A stretch of 38,222 nucleotides of DNA from a bacterium (GCA_030704795.1 JAUYCZ010000012.1:1-38222); one strand, 5' to 3'. Shown: positions 23,287-33,401, numbered from the stretch's first letter. Made by a program: numbers and translations. The notes: generated by a model not told the origin, from the sequence alone.

Positions 23287-25533
23287 ATGAAAAAAAATGA
23301 ATTTCTGGCCCTAAAAGTCATGGGCATGGATTCGCCTCACTGCGCTATGGTCGTGGAGAAAGCCATCAAGACCCTGCCGGGCGTTGAAAAGATAGAAGTG
23401 GATTACAATAACGCTCGGGCAAAAGTGGTTTTTGATCCGCAAAAAGTCAACGAGGAACAGATTAAAAAAGTGATTACTGATTCCGGCTACAAAGTGATGC
23501 GGGAGGCGGCCGAAGCACAAAATCTTTTAGAGCAGGAAAAACAGGAAAGAGAAAAAGAATTGTCTGTCTTAAAAAAGAAAATACTGGTCGGCACCATTCT
23601 TTCGGCCATGATTTTTCTCGGCAGTTTCCCCGAATGGTTTCCGTTTGTTCCCGCGCTTTTTAATAACTATCTTGTTCTTTTAATTTTGACCACGCCGGTT
23701 CAATTCTGGGTGGGTTCAAGATTTTATTCTGGCCTCAAAATTCTTTTTAAATACCGGGCGGCGGATATGAATACTTTAATTGCCATCGGGACTTTGGCCG
23801 CTTATTTCTACAGCGCCGCCGTTACTTTCTTTGGAGACTTCTTTAGCCGAGGCGGAGTTGAACCGAAAATTTATTTTGACACCTCGGCCGTTATCATCAC
23901 CTTAATTTTGCTCGGACGTTATCTCGAGCTCTTGGCCAAGGGCCGGGCCTCGGAAGCGATCAAAAAATTGATGAAGCTTTCGGTCAAGACGGCGCGGGTC
24001 GTCCGCGATAACAAAGAACTGGAGATTCCAATTGAAGAAGTCGTTGTCGGCGATATTATCATTGTCCGGCCAGGAGAAAAAATCCCGGTTGACGGCGAAG
24101 TCATCGAGGGCCGTTCGCAGATAGACGAATCAATGGTCACCGGCGAGAGCATGCCGGTTTCCAAAGAGCCGGGAGCAAGAGTCATCGGCGCCACTATTAA
24201 CCAAGTTGGCTCTTTTAAGTTTAAGGCATTGAGAGTGGGCAAAGAAACGGTTCTGGCCCAAATCATCAAAATGGTGGAGCAGGCCCAGGGGTCAAAAGCG
24301 CCGATTCAGCGTCTGGCCGATATAATTTCCGGCTATTTTGTCCCGGCCGTCATCGGTGTGGCCATTTTGACATTTATTATTTGGTTAATTTGGGGACCGG
24401 AGCCGGCGTTTACCTTTGCTTTGATTAATTTCGTCGCCGTGCTCATCATCGCTTGTCCTTGCGCTTTGGGCCTGGCCACGCCCATGGCGATGATGGTAGG
24501 AATCGGCCAGGGGGCGGAAAAAGGAATTTTGATCCGTGAGGCGGCGGCGCTGGAAACGGCGCACAAAACCAAGGTCGTCATCTTAGATAAAACCGGAACT
24601 CTAACTCAAGGAAAACCGGCCGTCACCGATATTCTGCCGGTTGGGAATCAAACCAACGACTACATTTTGAAAGTCGCCGCCAGTTTAGAGCAAAGGTCAG
24701 AACATCCCTTAGGAAAAGCCATCGTTGAAAAAGCTAAAGAAAAAAAGTTTGAGCTTTTTGAAGTTTCCGATTTTGAGGCCGTCCCCGGCAAAGGAATAAA
24801 AGGGAATCTTTTAATTGACGGGGATAACGTGGCGGCGGCTTTGGGCAATCGCGAAATGCTAAAGTTTTTGAATTTGGATATCATAGATATTGAAGAAGAA
24901 ATGGAAAAATTAGAAAAAGAAGGCAAGACGGTTATGATTTTATCTTTAGGCCATCAAATCGCCGGACTGATGGCCGTGGCCGATATTCTAAAACCGGAAG
25001 CCAAAGAAGCGATCAGAAAATTAAAAGAAGCTGGCTTAGAAATTTGGATGATTACCGGCGATAACGAAAGAACGGCTCAGGCCATCGGCCAACAAGTAGG
25101 GATTCTAAATATAATGGCGCAGGTTTTACCGCAAAATAAAGCGCTAAAAGTTCAAGAACTGCAAAAACAAGGTAAAAAAGTTGCCATGATCGGCGACGGC
25201 ATTAACGACGCGCCGGCGCTAGCGCAGTCAGACCTCGGGATCGCCATGGGCGAAGGAACCGACGTAGCGATGGAATCGGCCGGGGTAACCCTGATGCGCG
25301 GCGATCTCAACCTGATCGCCGATCTCTTCAATTTGTCGCGCAGAACTTTGCGCATCGTCAAACAAAATCTTTTTTGGGCCTTTTTCTACAATATCGCTTT
25401 TATTCCGGTCGCGGCCGGCGCGCTTTATCCATTTTTTGGGATTTTACTTAATCCCGTTTTTGCCGCCGCCGCCATGGCCTTTTCTTCAATTTCTGTTGTT
25501 CTGAACTCTTTACGGCTGAAAGCAAGCAAATAG
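23287..25533 (+). CDS. copA: P1B-1 copper-exporting P-type ATPase
   Basis: [30 protein letters not shown], and the TM YN and MAFSS Cu(I)-type signatures. The N-terminal HMA reads GMDSPHC. Confidence 0.95.
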   Translation: MKKNEFLALKVMGMDSPHCAMVVEKAIKTLPGVEKIEVDYNNARAKVVFDPQKVNEEQIKKVITDSGYKVMREAAEAQNLLEQEKQEREKELSVLKKKILVGTILSAMIFLGSFPEWFPFVPALFNNYLVLLILTTPVQFWVGSRFYSGLKILFKYRAADMNTLIAIGTLAAYFYSAAVTFFGDFFSRGGVEPKIYFDTSAVIITLILLGRYLELLAKGRASEAIKKLMKLSVKTARVVRDNKELEIPIEEVVVGDIIIVRPGEKIPVDGEVIEGRSQIDESMVTGESMPVSKEPGARVIGATINQVGSFKFKALRVGKETVLAQIIKMVEQAQGSKAPIQRLADIISGYFVPAVIGVAILTFIIWLIWGPEPAFTFALINFVAVLIIACPCALGLATPMAMMVGIGQGAEKGILIREAAALETAHKTKVVILDKTGTLTQGKPAVTDILPVGNQTNDYILKVAASLEQRSEHPLGKAIVEKAKEKKFELFEVSDFEAVPGKGIKGNLLIDGDNVAAALGNREMLKFLNLDIIDIEEEMEKLEKEGKTVMILSLGHQIAGLMAVADILKPEAKEAIRKLKEAGLEIWMITGDNERTAQAIGQQVGILNIMAQVLPQNKALKVQELQKQGKKVAMIGDGINDAPALAQSDLGIAMGEGTDVAMESAGVTLMRGDLNLIADLFNLSRRTLRIVKQNLFWAFFYNIAFIPVAAGALYPFFGILLNPVFAAAAMAFSSISVVLNSLRLKASK

Positions 25534-25539
25534 GGTATT

Positions 25540-25644
25540 CTAGCGGCCAAACAGATACCAGAGTAAAACGACAACCAAAACGGCACAAATAAAACCGGCT
25601 GCATAAACTAGTTTTTTGTTGGCGAGAAGGTCTTTTAAGGGCAT
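25540..25644 (-). CDS. 34-aa single-TM microprotein (not in ORF track)
   Basis: MPLKDLLANKKLVYAAGFICAVLVVVLLWYLFGR*; fills the gap between rny and copA. Confidence 0.45.
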   Translation of the reverse strand: MPLKDLLANKKLVYAAGFICAVLVVVLLWYLFGR

Positions 25645-25675
25645 GTTCTTAGAAAACGATTAACAAATAATGTGG

Positions 25676-27208
25676 TTACCGGGCGTGTTCCGTCACTCTT
25701 AATTCGCGGATCAAATTTACCTTGATTTCACCGGGGTATCTCAATTCTTCCTGGATTCTCGCTGCAATCTCTTTGGCCATTTTCTTGGCGGTTAGATCGT
25801 CAATCTCCTCGGGTCGGACAAAAACCCGGATCTCCCGGCCCGCCTGCAAAGCCCAAGCCTTTTCTGTTCCCGGAAAGCTCAAAGCGATCTTTTCCAAATC
25901 TCCCAGTCTTTTGAGATAATTTTCGACCGTATCTTTCCTGGCTCCGGGCCGGGCTCCGGAAATCTGATCGGCCGTCTGAACCAAAACGGCTTCCAGGCTC
26001 TCGTAAGGGTAATCTTCGTGATGAGATTTCATGGCGGTGATGACCGCCTTCTCAACACCGAACTTCTCTAAAATCTTGATGCCGATTTCAATGTGAGAGC
26101 CTTCAATCTGCTGATCAACCGCCTTGCCAATGTCGTGCAAAAGGCCGGCCCTTTTGGCGACCGGAACATTGGCGCCAACTTCGGCAGCCAAACCCGCGGC
26201 CAAATAGGCGACCTCAATTGAGTGCAAGAGAACATTCTGGCCATAGCTGGTGCGAAATTTTAATCGACCTAAAAGTTGAACTAATTTGGGATCAAGGCCT
26301 AAAATCCCGGTTTCGTAAATGGCGGTTTCGCCCGCTTCTTTAATTTGTTTGGCAATTTCCGACTGGGCCCGGGCCACCTCGTCTTCGATCCGAGCGGGCT
26401 GGATTCGGCCGTCCTGAATTAGTTTTTCCAGGGCCACCTTGGCGATCTGTCGACGGATCGGATCAAAGCCAGAGATGACTAAAGCCTGAGGCGTCTCGTC
26501 GATGATGACCTCAACGCCAGTTAATTTTTCCAAGGTCCTAATATTTCTGCCCTCCTTACCGATAATCCGCCCTTTGATCTCGTCGTTGGGCAAGGCAATG
26601 GTCGTCGTGGTAATTTCCTGAGCTTGAGATAAAGCCTGTTTTTGAATGACGGAAACCAATATCTCTTTGGCTCTTTTATCAAGTTGGTCCCGGCCATTCT
26701 CTTCCAGTTTTCTCATCTTTTCTACAATCTCCAGTTGAGAGTCCTTTTCGACGCTGGCTAATAACTCTTCTTTGGCGTCTCTGGCCGTCAAACCAGAAAC
26801 CCGCTCAAGTTCGGTCTTGGTTTTAGCATTGAGTTCTTCGATGTTCTTTTTTATCTCTTTGAGTTTTTCTACCTTTTCCGTAAAATCTTCTTCACGGGAT
26901 TCGAGCTGGTCGATTTTTTGCTCCAATAAACTCTCTCTTTTTAAAACCAAGCCTTCCGCCCGGAAAATTTCCTGACGGCGGTTCTCGGTCTCTCCTTGAG
27001 CAACTTCTAAGAATTTTTGAGCCTTGGTTTTGGCTTCGGCGAGAATGATGTCGGCTTCAATCTTGGCCTGAGAAACCATCTTCTGCAGTTTTTCTTCGAT
27101 GCTGCCTAAAGTTCTCTTGGCCATCGATCGGCGAGCCAGATAGCCCAAGACGGATCCGACCGCCAAAAATAAAAACGCCAGAATGAGGTAAAGTAATATT
27201 TGATCCAT
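25676..27208 (-). CDS. rny: Ribonuclease Y
   Basis: N-terminal TM, coiled coil, KH domain (KGRIIGKEGRNIR), HD domain (LLHDIGK). Confidence 0.97.
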   Translation of the reverse strand: MDQILLYLILAFLFLAVGSVLGYLARRSMAKRTLGSIEEKLQKMVSQAKIEADIILAEAKTKAQKFLEVAQGETENRRQEIFRAEGLVLKRESLLEQKIDQLESREEDFTEKVEKLKEIKKNIEELNAKTKTELERVSGLTARDAKEELLASVEKDSQLEIVEKMRKLEENGRDQLDKRAKEILVSVIQKQALSQAQEITTTTIALPNDEIKGRIIGKEGRNIRTLEKLTGVEVIIDETPQALVISGFDPIRRQIAKVALEKLIQDGRIQPARIEDEVARAQSEIAKQIKEAGETAIYETGILGLDPKLVQLLGRLKFRTSYGQNVLLHSIEVAYLAAGLAAEVGANVPVAKRAGLLHDIGKAVDQQIEGSHIEIGIKILEKFGVEKAVITAMKSHHEDYPYESLEAVLVQTADQISGARPGARKDTVENYLKRLGDLEKIALSFPGTEKAWALQAGREIRVFVRPEEIDDLTAKKMAKEIAARIQEELRYPGEIKVNLIRELRVTEHAR

Positions 27209-27256
27209 AGTAGTATCCGCAAAAACCTTTGGTTTGTTGCATCAAACTTCGGTTAG

Positions 27257-27841
27257 TTATGCTTTGGTTTTAATGACCGAGTCGATTAATCCGTACTCTT
27301 TCGCGTCGCTGGCGGAAAGGTAAAAATCGCGATCGGTATCTTTTTCGATCTTGCCCAGAGACTGACCGGTATGCCGGGCCAGGATCTGGTTTAACTTGTC
27401 TTTGATTTTCAGAATCTGTCTGGCCGTAATTTCAATCTCAACGGCCTCGCCCGTCACCCCGCCAGCTACCTGATGCAACAGGATTTCTGAATTGGGTAAG
27501 GCGAACCTTTTGCCTTTCTTGCCCGCGCAAAGTAAAACTGCTCCCATCGAGGCGGCCAGGCCCACGCAAACCGTGGAAATATCCGGTTTGACGTGCTGTA
27601 TCGTGTCATAGATGGCTAAGCCAGCCGTGACCGAGCCGCCGGGAGTGTTGATGTAAAGCTGAATGTCTTTGGCCGGATCTTTTGAGGTCAAAAACAAAAG
27701 CTGGGCAATAATGGAATTGGCCACGAAGTCATTGATCGGTCCGGCCAGAAAGACGATTCTTTCCTTCAGAAGCCGAGAATAAATATCGTAGGCTCTTTCG
27801 CCGAACTGGCTCTTTTCTATAACGGTAGGAATCAAATTCAT
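27257..27841 (-). CDS. clpP: ATP-dependent Clp protease proteolytic subunit
   Basis: [33 protein letters not shown]. Confidence 0.97.
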   Translation of the reverse strand: MNLIPTVIEKSQFGERAYDIYSRLLKERIVFLAGPINDFVANSIIAQLLFLTSKDPAKDIQLYINTPGGSVTAGLAIYDTIQHVKPDISTVCVGLAASMGAVLLCAGKKGKRFALPNSEILLHQVAGGVTGEAVEIEITARQILKIKDKLNQILARHTGQSLGKIEKDTDRDFYLSASDAKEYGLIDSVIKTKA

Positions 27842-27847
27842 ATTGAC

Positions 27848-27856
27848 ATCATAACA
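27848..27856 (-). promoter_or_regulatory. Extended -10 promoter of clpP, leaderless spacing
   Basis: TG-T-TATGAT, then 6 nt, then ATG 27841. Confidence 0.55.
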
Positions 27857-27891
27857 AAAAACCGGTCGCAGGTAAAGCCGCGGCCGGTTTT
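27856..27891 (-). terminator. Intrinsic terminator after hppA
   Basis: The minus strand reads CCGGCCGC...GCGACCGG followed by TTTTTT. Confidence 0.75.
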
Positions 27892-27905
27892 CCTAAAATC
27901 TCGTC

Positions 27906-29888
27906 TTAAACTAAAAACCCAACAATCAGGAGAGCGACAATGTTAATCACCTTGATCATGGGATTAATGGCGGGGCCGGCCGTATCTTTATAGGGATCGC
28001 CGACCGTGTCGCCGGTCACGGCCGCCTGATGGGCAAAAGAGCCCTTGCCGCCATAATTGCCTTCTTCAATATATTTCTTGGCGTTATCCCAGGCCGCCCC
28101 TCCGGAAGTCATGGAGATGGCCAGGAAGAAACCGGTCAGAATGCTGCCCATTAAGACGCCGGCCAGGGCCAGCGGCCCCAAAAGAAAACCAATTAGGATG
28201 GGTGCCAAAACCGGCAAAAGGGTCGGAACAATCATTTCCCTCAGAGCGGCTTTGGTCACGATATCAACGCATTTGCCGTAATCCGGCTTAGCTGTCCCTG
28301 CCATCAAACCGGGAATCTCTTTGAACTGTCTCCGGACCTCATTAACGACTTCGCCCGCCGCCTTGCCCACCGCCGTCATCGCCAAAGAAGCAAAAAGATA
28401 GGGGATGAGCCCGCCCAAGAAGAGTCCGACAATCACCTTCGGATCATCCAGAGAAAATTGGAACCGACCGCCGGCCGCCATTAGTTCTTGGGAAAAACTA
28501 GCAAAGAGCACCAGGGCCGCCAATCCGGCCGAAGCAATGGCATAACCCTTGGTGACGGCCTTGGTGGTGTTGCCCACCGCGTCTAAGGCGTCGGTGACTT
28601 TCCGGACGTCTTCGCCGGCGCCGGACATTTCCGCAATGCCCCCGGCATTGTCAACAATCGGACCGAAAGCATCAATGGCAATGATCAAACCGGTCAAGGA
28701 AAGCATCGCCACCGCCGCCAGAGCGACGCCGAAAATTCCCGCCAGCCAGAAACTGACCAAAATCCCCGCGGAAATCAAAACCGCGGGCAAGGCCGTTGAC
28801 TGCATGCCCACAGAAAGACCAATAATAACGTTGGTGCCATGCCCCGTTTGAGAAGCGGCCGCGATCATTTTAACCGGTTTGTGTTTTTTAGAAGTAAAGT
28901 ATTCGGTAATGACAAAAACTCCCGCCGTCACCACCAAGCCCACCAAAGAAGCGAGATAAAGCTTGTCAGCCGAAAAAGGACTCAAAAAGCTAAACTTTTT
29001 AATAATCGGATAGAAACCAATGGCCGAAACCAGGGCGGAAACAATCAGACCCTTGTAAAGGGCGGGCATGATTTCCTGGTCTTTACCCAGGCGAACAAAA
29101 AAACTGCCAATAATTGAAGCGAGAATGGCCACCGTCCCTAGGAAAAGAGGCAAGAGCACTAACGGCGAGTCAGCCGAAACTAAAAGAGATCCCAGAATCA
29201 TGGTTGAAATTAGAGTCACAACATAAGTTTCGAAGAGATCCGCCGCCATCCCGGCGCAATCACCCACGTTGTCTCCGACCTGGTCGGCGATGACGGCCGG
29301 ATTGCGGGGATCGTCTTCGGGTATTCCCTGTTCCACCTTGCCGACAAGGTCGGCGCCAACATCGGCCGCTTTGGTGTAAATACCGCCGCCCAACCGGGCA
29401 AAAACAGAAATCAAAGAACTGCCAAAGCCCAGGGCTACCAAAGCTTTTAAATCATTGGTTAGAAGGTAAAACCCGGAAACCACCAATAGTCCCAGGCTCA
29501 CAACAAGAAAACCGGTGACGGCGCCGCCCTTAAAGGCCAGGTCCAAAGCCGGTTTTAATCCTTTTTTGGCCGCCTCGGTCACTTTGCCATTGGCTTGAGT
29601 CGAAACAACCATGCCCAAAAACCCGCAAAGGCTAGAAACGAGAGCGCCGAGCAAAAAGGCCAAGCCCGCCTTCAAGCCAAAAACAAGAGAAAGAATGAAA
29701 AATAAAAAAACCGCCACGATGGCCACGGTCTGGCCCTGCCTCTTCAGATAAGAAAGGGCTCCTTGTTTGATGGCAGAACTAATCTCGAGAGCCGGGCCCG
29801 AGGCTGATGGGGCTTCTTTTATTTTTTTGATTAAGAAAAAAACGAACAGGATAGCGAAAAGAGAAACGAAGATGGGAAAAAATAACAT
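27906..29888 (-). CDS. hppA: Membrane-integral pyrophosphatase (predicted K+-independent H+-PPase)
   Basis: [48 protein letters not shown]. Confidence 0.96.
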   Translation of the reverse strand: MLFFPIFVSLFAILFVFFLIKKIKEAPSASGPALEISSAIKQGALSYLKRQGQTVAIVAVFLFFILSLVFGLKAGLAFLLGALVSSLCGFLGMVVSTQANGKVTEAAKKGLKPALDLAFKGGAVTGFLVVSLGLLVVSGFYLLTNDLKALVALGFGSSLISVFARLGGGIYTKAADVGADLVGKVEQGIPEDDPRNPAVIADQVGDNVGDCAGMAADLFETYVVTLISTMILGSLLVSADSPLVLLPLFLGTVAILASIIGSFFVRLGKDQEIMPALYKGLIVSALVSAIGFYPIIKKFSFLSPFSADKLYLASLVGLVVTAGVFVITEYFTSKKHKPVKMIAAASQTGHGTNVIIGLSVGMQSTALPAVLISAGILVSFWLAGIFGVALAAVAMLSLTGLIIAIDAFGPIVDNAGGIAEMSGAGEDVRKVTDALDAVGNTTKAVTKGYAIASAGLAALVLFASFSQELMAAGGRFQFSLDDPKVIVGLFLGGLIPYLFASLAMTAVGKAAGEVVNEVRRQFKEIPGLMAGTAKPDYGKCVDIVTKAALREMIVPTLLPVLAPILIGFLLGPLALAGVLMGSILTGFFLAISMTSGGAAWDNAKKYIEEGNYGGKGSFAHQAAVTGDTVGDPYKDTAGPAINPMIKVINIVALLIVGFLV

Positions 29889-29897
29889 CTTAAAGTT

Positions 29898-31214
29898 TTA
29901 CTTATTTTTGACCTTGTTTTTAGTCTTTTCTTTTTTAACGGCACTTCGTAGCTTCCGCTCTCTTCGAGCCTGAGGGCTCGTCAGAGCCTGAACGGCCTCA
30001 GTGCCTTTGGCTTTTTCTTTTTCCGTTGCTTCTGGCGCTGCAGCGGCTCCAGCCGGAGATTCTTCTACGGGACTCCGAACATCAATTTTCCAACCCGTCA
30101 ATTTGGCCGCCAGCCGGACATTCTGGCCATCCTTACCAATAGCCAAAGACAGTTGGTCTCCCGGCACAATCGCTAAAGCCGTATTCTTCTCTTCAATTTT
30201 AACTTCTAAAACCTTGGCCGGACTCAGAGCATTGGCAATAAAGTCCTGAGGGTTGTCGGACCAGTTAATGATATCTATCTTCTCCCCTCCCAATTCATTA
30301 ATAACAGTCATGACCCGGGTGCCCCTTTGCCCGACGGCGGCGCCAATCGGATCAATTCTTTCGTCATTGGAAAAGACAGCGATTTTAGACCGGGAACCGG
30401 CTTCTCGGGCAATTAATTTTATCTGAACCTGACCCGAAGCGATTTCCGGAACTTCCAATTCGAAAAGCCGGGAAATCAATTTCGGATGTGACCGGGAAAG
30501 GAAAATGACCGGACCACGGGGCGTGCTCTCGGTTTTTAAAAGATAAACCTTGAGCCTTTGACCGGAACGATAAAACTCACCCGGAACCTGTTCTTCCCGG
30601 GGCATAATTCCCAAGGTTTTGCCGATGTTGAGAAAAACATTCCGTCCCTCGATCCGCTGGACAATGCCCGAAATCGCCTCACCCTCTTTGGCCTGGAATT
30701 CAGAAAAGATTATTTCTTTTTCGATCTCTTTAATCTTCTGTAAAACCACTTGTTTGGCCGTCTGGGCGGCGATGCGGCCGAAAGATGAAGCCGACTGGGT
30801 CTCGAGAGGAAACTCCAATTCTTCTCCGGATTTTGCTCCCTTTTTGAGCTTTTTGGCTTCCGGAAGCATCAAATGTCTTTCCGGGTTGAATCGGATCTTT
30901 TTTTCTTGTCCCTCTTCTTCCCGGCTTTCCGGTTCTCGGTTTTCCGAGAACCCGGGCCGGCCGGCCGTTTTCAATTCCTCTAATTCTTCTTCGGAATAAA
31001 TCATCTTATCGTCCACGACTAACTTTACCTGCCAAAATTTAACTTCGCCGGTATCTAAATCCAGCTTGGCCTTAAGGAGTTGGCCTTTCTTGCCGTAATC
31101 CTTTTTGTAAGCCGAGGCCAGGGCCTGTTCAATGGTCTCGATGACTTTTTCTTTGGGGATGCCGCGCTCTTCAGAAATTTGCGAGATGGCGGCGCCAAAT
31201 AATTTTAAATCCAT
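29898..31214 (-). CDS. nusA: Transcription termination/antitermination factor NusA
   Basis: FGRIAAQTAKQV, S1 domain, AREAGSRSKIA, GQRGTRV, LAIGKDGQNVRLA; low-complexity charged tail. Confidence 0.96.
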   Translation of the reverse strand: MDLKLFGAAISQISEERGIPKEKVIETIEQALASAYKKDYGKKGQLLKAKLDLDTGEVKFWQVKLVVDDKMIYSEEELEELKTAGRPGFSENREPESREEEGQEKKIRFNPERHLMLPEAKKLKKGAKSGEELEFPLETQSASSFGRIAAQTAKQVVLQKIKEIEKEIIFSEFQAKEGEAISGIVQRIEGRNVFLNIGKTLGIMPREEQVPGEFYRSGQRLKVYLLKTESTPRGPVIFLSRSHPKLISRLFELEVPEIASGQVQIKLIAREAGSRSKIAVFSNDERIDPIGAAVGQRGTRVMTVINELGGEKIDIINWSDNPQDFIANALSPAKVLEVKIEEKNTALAIVPGDQLSLAIGKDGQNVRLAAKLTGWKIDVRSPVEESPAGAAAAPEATEKEKAKGTEAVQALTSPQARRERKLRSAVKKEKTKNKVKNK

Positions 31215-31264
31215 ACCTCAATTTAACCTTAAAAACAAAGAAACGTCAATCTAGAAAGACGAGG

Positions 31265-31335
31265 TGGACCTGGCGAGAATCGAACTCGCGCCTCTACAAT
31301 GCGAATGTAGCGTAATGCCACTTTACTACAGGCCC
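31265..31335 (-). tRNA. tRNA-Ala(CGC), CCA not encoded
   Basis: Acceptor GGGCCTG/CAGGTCC, anticodon arm CTACA-TTCGCAT-TGTAG, T-arm GCGAG-TTCGATT-CTCGC. Confidence 0.95.
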
Positions 31336-31346
31336 TTTTTGGGATT

Positions 31347-31373
31347 AATGTGGGAGGTCGGACCTCCCACATT
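31347..31373. repeat. Perfect 13-bp inverted repeat between two tRNAs
   Basis: AATGTGGGAGGTC-G-GACCTCCCACATT. Confidence 0.85.
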
Positions 31374-31384
31374 TTTACATTCAT

Positions 31385-31455
31385 TCGGGGAGCCGGGAAT
31401 CGAACCCGGTTTTTACGGACCCGAACCGTATGTACTACCGGTGTACTACTCCCCG
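31385..31455 (-). tRNA. tRNA-Pro(CGG), CCA not encoded
   Basis: Acceptor CGGGGAG/CTCCCCG, anticodon arm TACGG-TTCGGGT-CCGTA. Confidence 0.95.
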
Positions 31456-31474
31456 TTTTTCCGTTTGTGGTTAA

Positions 31475-32947
31475 CTAGGTCACCCAATATTTTTCTCTCG
31501 TCATTTCGTCTTTTTTTATTTCTATGCCCTCTTTTTCTTTTTCCGCTTTTTGAGCTAAGGAACTTAGTTCCTCAGTGGTTAATTTCCCCAGTTTTTTAAT
31601 TTCTTTTTCTAAATAAATTTTTTTATTCTTTTTCGGATCTTCCAAAACATAACCGAGGAGAACGTCCAATATTTGTCCTATCTTTGGTCCGGGCTGGACG
31701 GCCAACATTTTCATGACGTCGTGACCGTCAACTTTAAGCATTTTAGCCGAGATCGGGTCTCGGCTCACTTTTTCAATGATATATTTCAAGTGCCTTAATT
31801 TGTAGGGCTCGGCTTTGGGAACCCCGGAACCGATCCGGTCAGCCTGTCTAACCTGCAGTAATTCTTCCATATTTTCCGGACCGACGTTTCTCGTCAGCCG
31901 CCGGACCGAGCTTTCGCCCACTTCGCCGACATTGTAATAGAAAAGATGGTACCGGACAAGTTTGATGATTTTGGCGCTCAAATCGCGCGGCAGCCGCAAA
32001 CGTTCCAATATCTTGGCCGTCATTCTGGCGCCCACAATTTCGTGATTATAAAAAGTAGAGTTTAGCCCCTCGCCTTTTTTCACCCGCGGCTTGGCAATAT
32101 CGTGGAAAAGACTGGCCAATCGAACGGCCAGATTGAATTTTTTTTCGGCCGCATATTTCAAAGAAAAAAGATTGTGTTCGTAGCAATCGTAAATGTGATG
32201 CTTGTTCTGACCGCAGCCCACTCCCTCCAGCAATTCCGGCACAACATACTTTAATAAGCTTAATTGGCGCAATAATTCCAAACCGTCGGCCGCCCGATCC
32301 GACAGGATAATCTTGATGAATTCGTCTCTGATTCTCTCGGTCGAAATCAACTTGAGTAAAGGGGCGTTCTGAATAATGGCGGCTTGAGTTTTTTCTTCCA
32401 GGCTGAAATTTAGAACCGTCGCCAACCTCACCGCCCTCATTAACCTTAAGGCGTCTTCAGAAAATCGATCGTCCGGATTACCCACCGCCCGGATGGTCTT
32501 TTTTTTAAGATCGGTTTGTCCGCCAAAGGGATCAATGACTTCATAGCTCTTGGCGCCCGTTTTTTTACTCTTTAGCTTTAGGGCTATCGCATTAATCGTG
32601 AAGTCTCTCCGGCTCAAGTCTTCTTTAAGCGTCTTGGCAAATCTAACCTCGTCGGGATGTCTTTTGTCGCTGTACTTAGCCTCCGATCGAAAAGTGGTGA
32701 TTTCGATCTCTTTTAGCGGCGGTTTCTTGCTTTCCGTCATTATGGTCACGGTCAAAAACCGGTTCTCGTAGAAGTTTTCCGGAAAAATCTCTTGAATCTG
32801 TTCTGGTTTGGCGCTGGTCGCCACGTCCCAATCATTAGGTTCTCGGCCCTGCAAAAAATCACGGGCGCAACCGCCGACAATATAGGCTTCAAAACCGGCT
32901 TTTTCCAGCTTGTTGATGACTGATTTGACTTCTTTGGGAATTTTCAT
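31475..32947 (-). CDS. cca: tRNA nucleotidyltransferase (CCA-adding class II) with HD domain
   Basis: VGGCARD, DWDVAT, RRDFTINA, EDALRLMRAVR, FHDIAK. Confidence 0.92.
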   Translation of the reverse strand: MKIPKEVKSVINKLEKAGFEAYIVGGCARDFLQGREPNDWDVATSAKPEQIQEIFPENFYENRFLTVTIMTESKKPPLKEIEITTFRSEAKYSDKRHPDEVRFAKTLKEDLSRRDFTINAIALKLKSKKTGAKSYEVIDPFGGQTDLKKKTIRAVGNPDDRFSEDALRLMRAVRLATVLNFSLEEKTQAAIIQNAPLLKLISTERIRDEFIKIILSDRAADGLELLRQLSLLKYVVPELLEGVGCGQNKHHIYDCYEHNLFSLKYAAEKKFNLAVRLASLFHDIAKPRVKKGEGLNSTFYNHEIVGARMTAKILERLRLPRDLSAKIIKLVRYHLFYYNVGEVGESSVRRLTRNVGPENMEELLQVRQADRIGSGVPKAEPYKLRHLKYIIEKVSRDPISAKMLKVDGHDVMKMLAVQPGPKIGQILDVLLGYVLEDPKKNKKIYLEKEIKKLGKLTTEELSSLAQKAEKEKEGIEIKKDEMTREKYWVT

Positions 32948-32954
32948 CGGTTTA

Positions 32955-32983
32955 ATCTTAGCCTAAAACCAGCTTGTTTTCAA
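32955..32983 (-). promoter_or_regulatory. Sigma70-type promoter of cca, leaderless spacing
   Basis: TTGAAA, N17, TAAGAT, then 7 nt, then ATG 32947. Confidence 0.6.
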
Positions 32984-33009
32984 TCAAAAAGTGAGATAAT
33001 CTGGGATTA

Positions 33010-33081
33010 GCCCCCATGGTGAAATGGATATCACGCGACGCTTCGGACGTCGAAGTCCGGGTTCGAATCCTGGTGGGGGCA
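33010..33081 (+). tRNA. tRNA-Arg(TCG), CCA not encoded
   Basis: Acceptor GCCCCCA/TGGGGGC, anticodon arm CGACG-CTTCGGA-CGTCG, GTTCGAATC. Confidence 0.95.
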
Positions 33082-33102
33082 CACTTCGACTTTGCTCAGT
33101 GT
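33081..33102. repeat. 22-nt REP-like hairpin starting at the tRNA discriminator
   Basis: ACACTTCGACTTTGCTCAGTGT, one mismatch to the joined ends of 8572-8649. Confidence 0.85.
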
Positions 33103-33115
33103 AAACTATTTCGGC

Positions 33116-33400
33116 CTACATCATCGGCAGTTCAATGTAAAAAGTACTGCCTTTGTTTCTGCCTTCGCTTTCTGCCCAGGCGCGGCCGCGGTGCATTTCG
33201 ACAAAACGCCGGGCAATATATAATCCCAGGCCGACCCCCTCGGTATAAGCTTTAGTTCCGACTGTTCCTCTTGAAAAACTCTCGAATATTTTGGTTAATT
33301 CCTCTTCGTTCATTCCCTCGCCCGTATCTCTTATCAGAATTCGGCATCTAGAATCTAAAATCTGAGCCTCAATCGCGATTCCTCCTTTTTGGGTGTATTT
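33116..33400 (-). pseudogene. Orphan 3' fragment of a histidine kinase (HATPase_c, KYT...ELPMM*)
   Basis: Preceded in frame by TAA (33403-33401), with no H-box or N-box; duplicate of 37778-38053. Confidence 0.9.
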
Positions 33401-33401
33401 T
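33126..33401. repeat. 276-bp direct repeat, copy 1
   Basis: Manual alignment to 37778-38053 (offset 4652) gives 16 mismatches and no gaps. Confidence 0.95.

Noticed and set aside
31264-31599. 111-aa plus-strand ORF; likewise 33016-33255
   Set aside because: Both are translations across tRNA genes.
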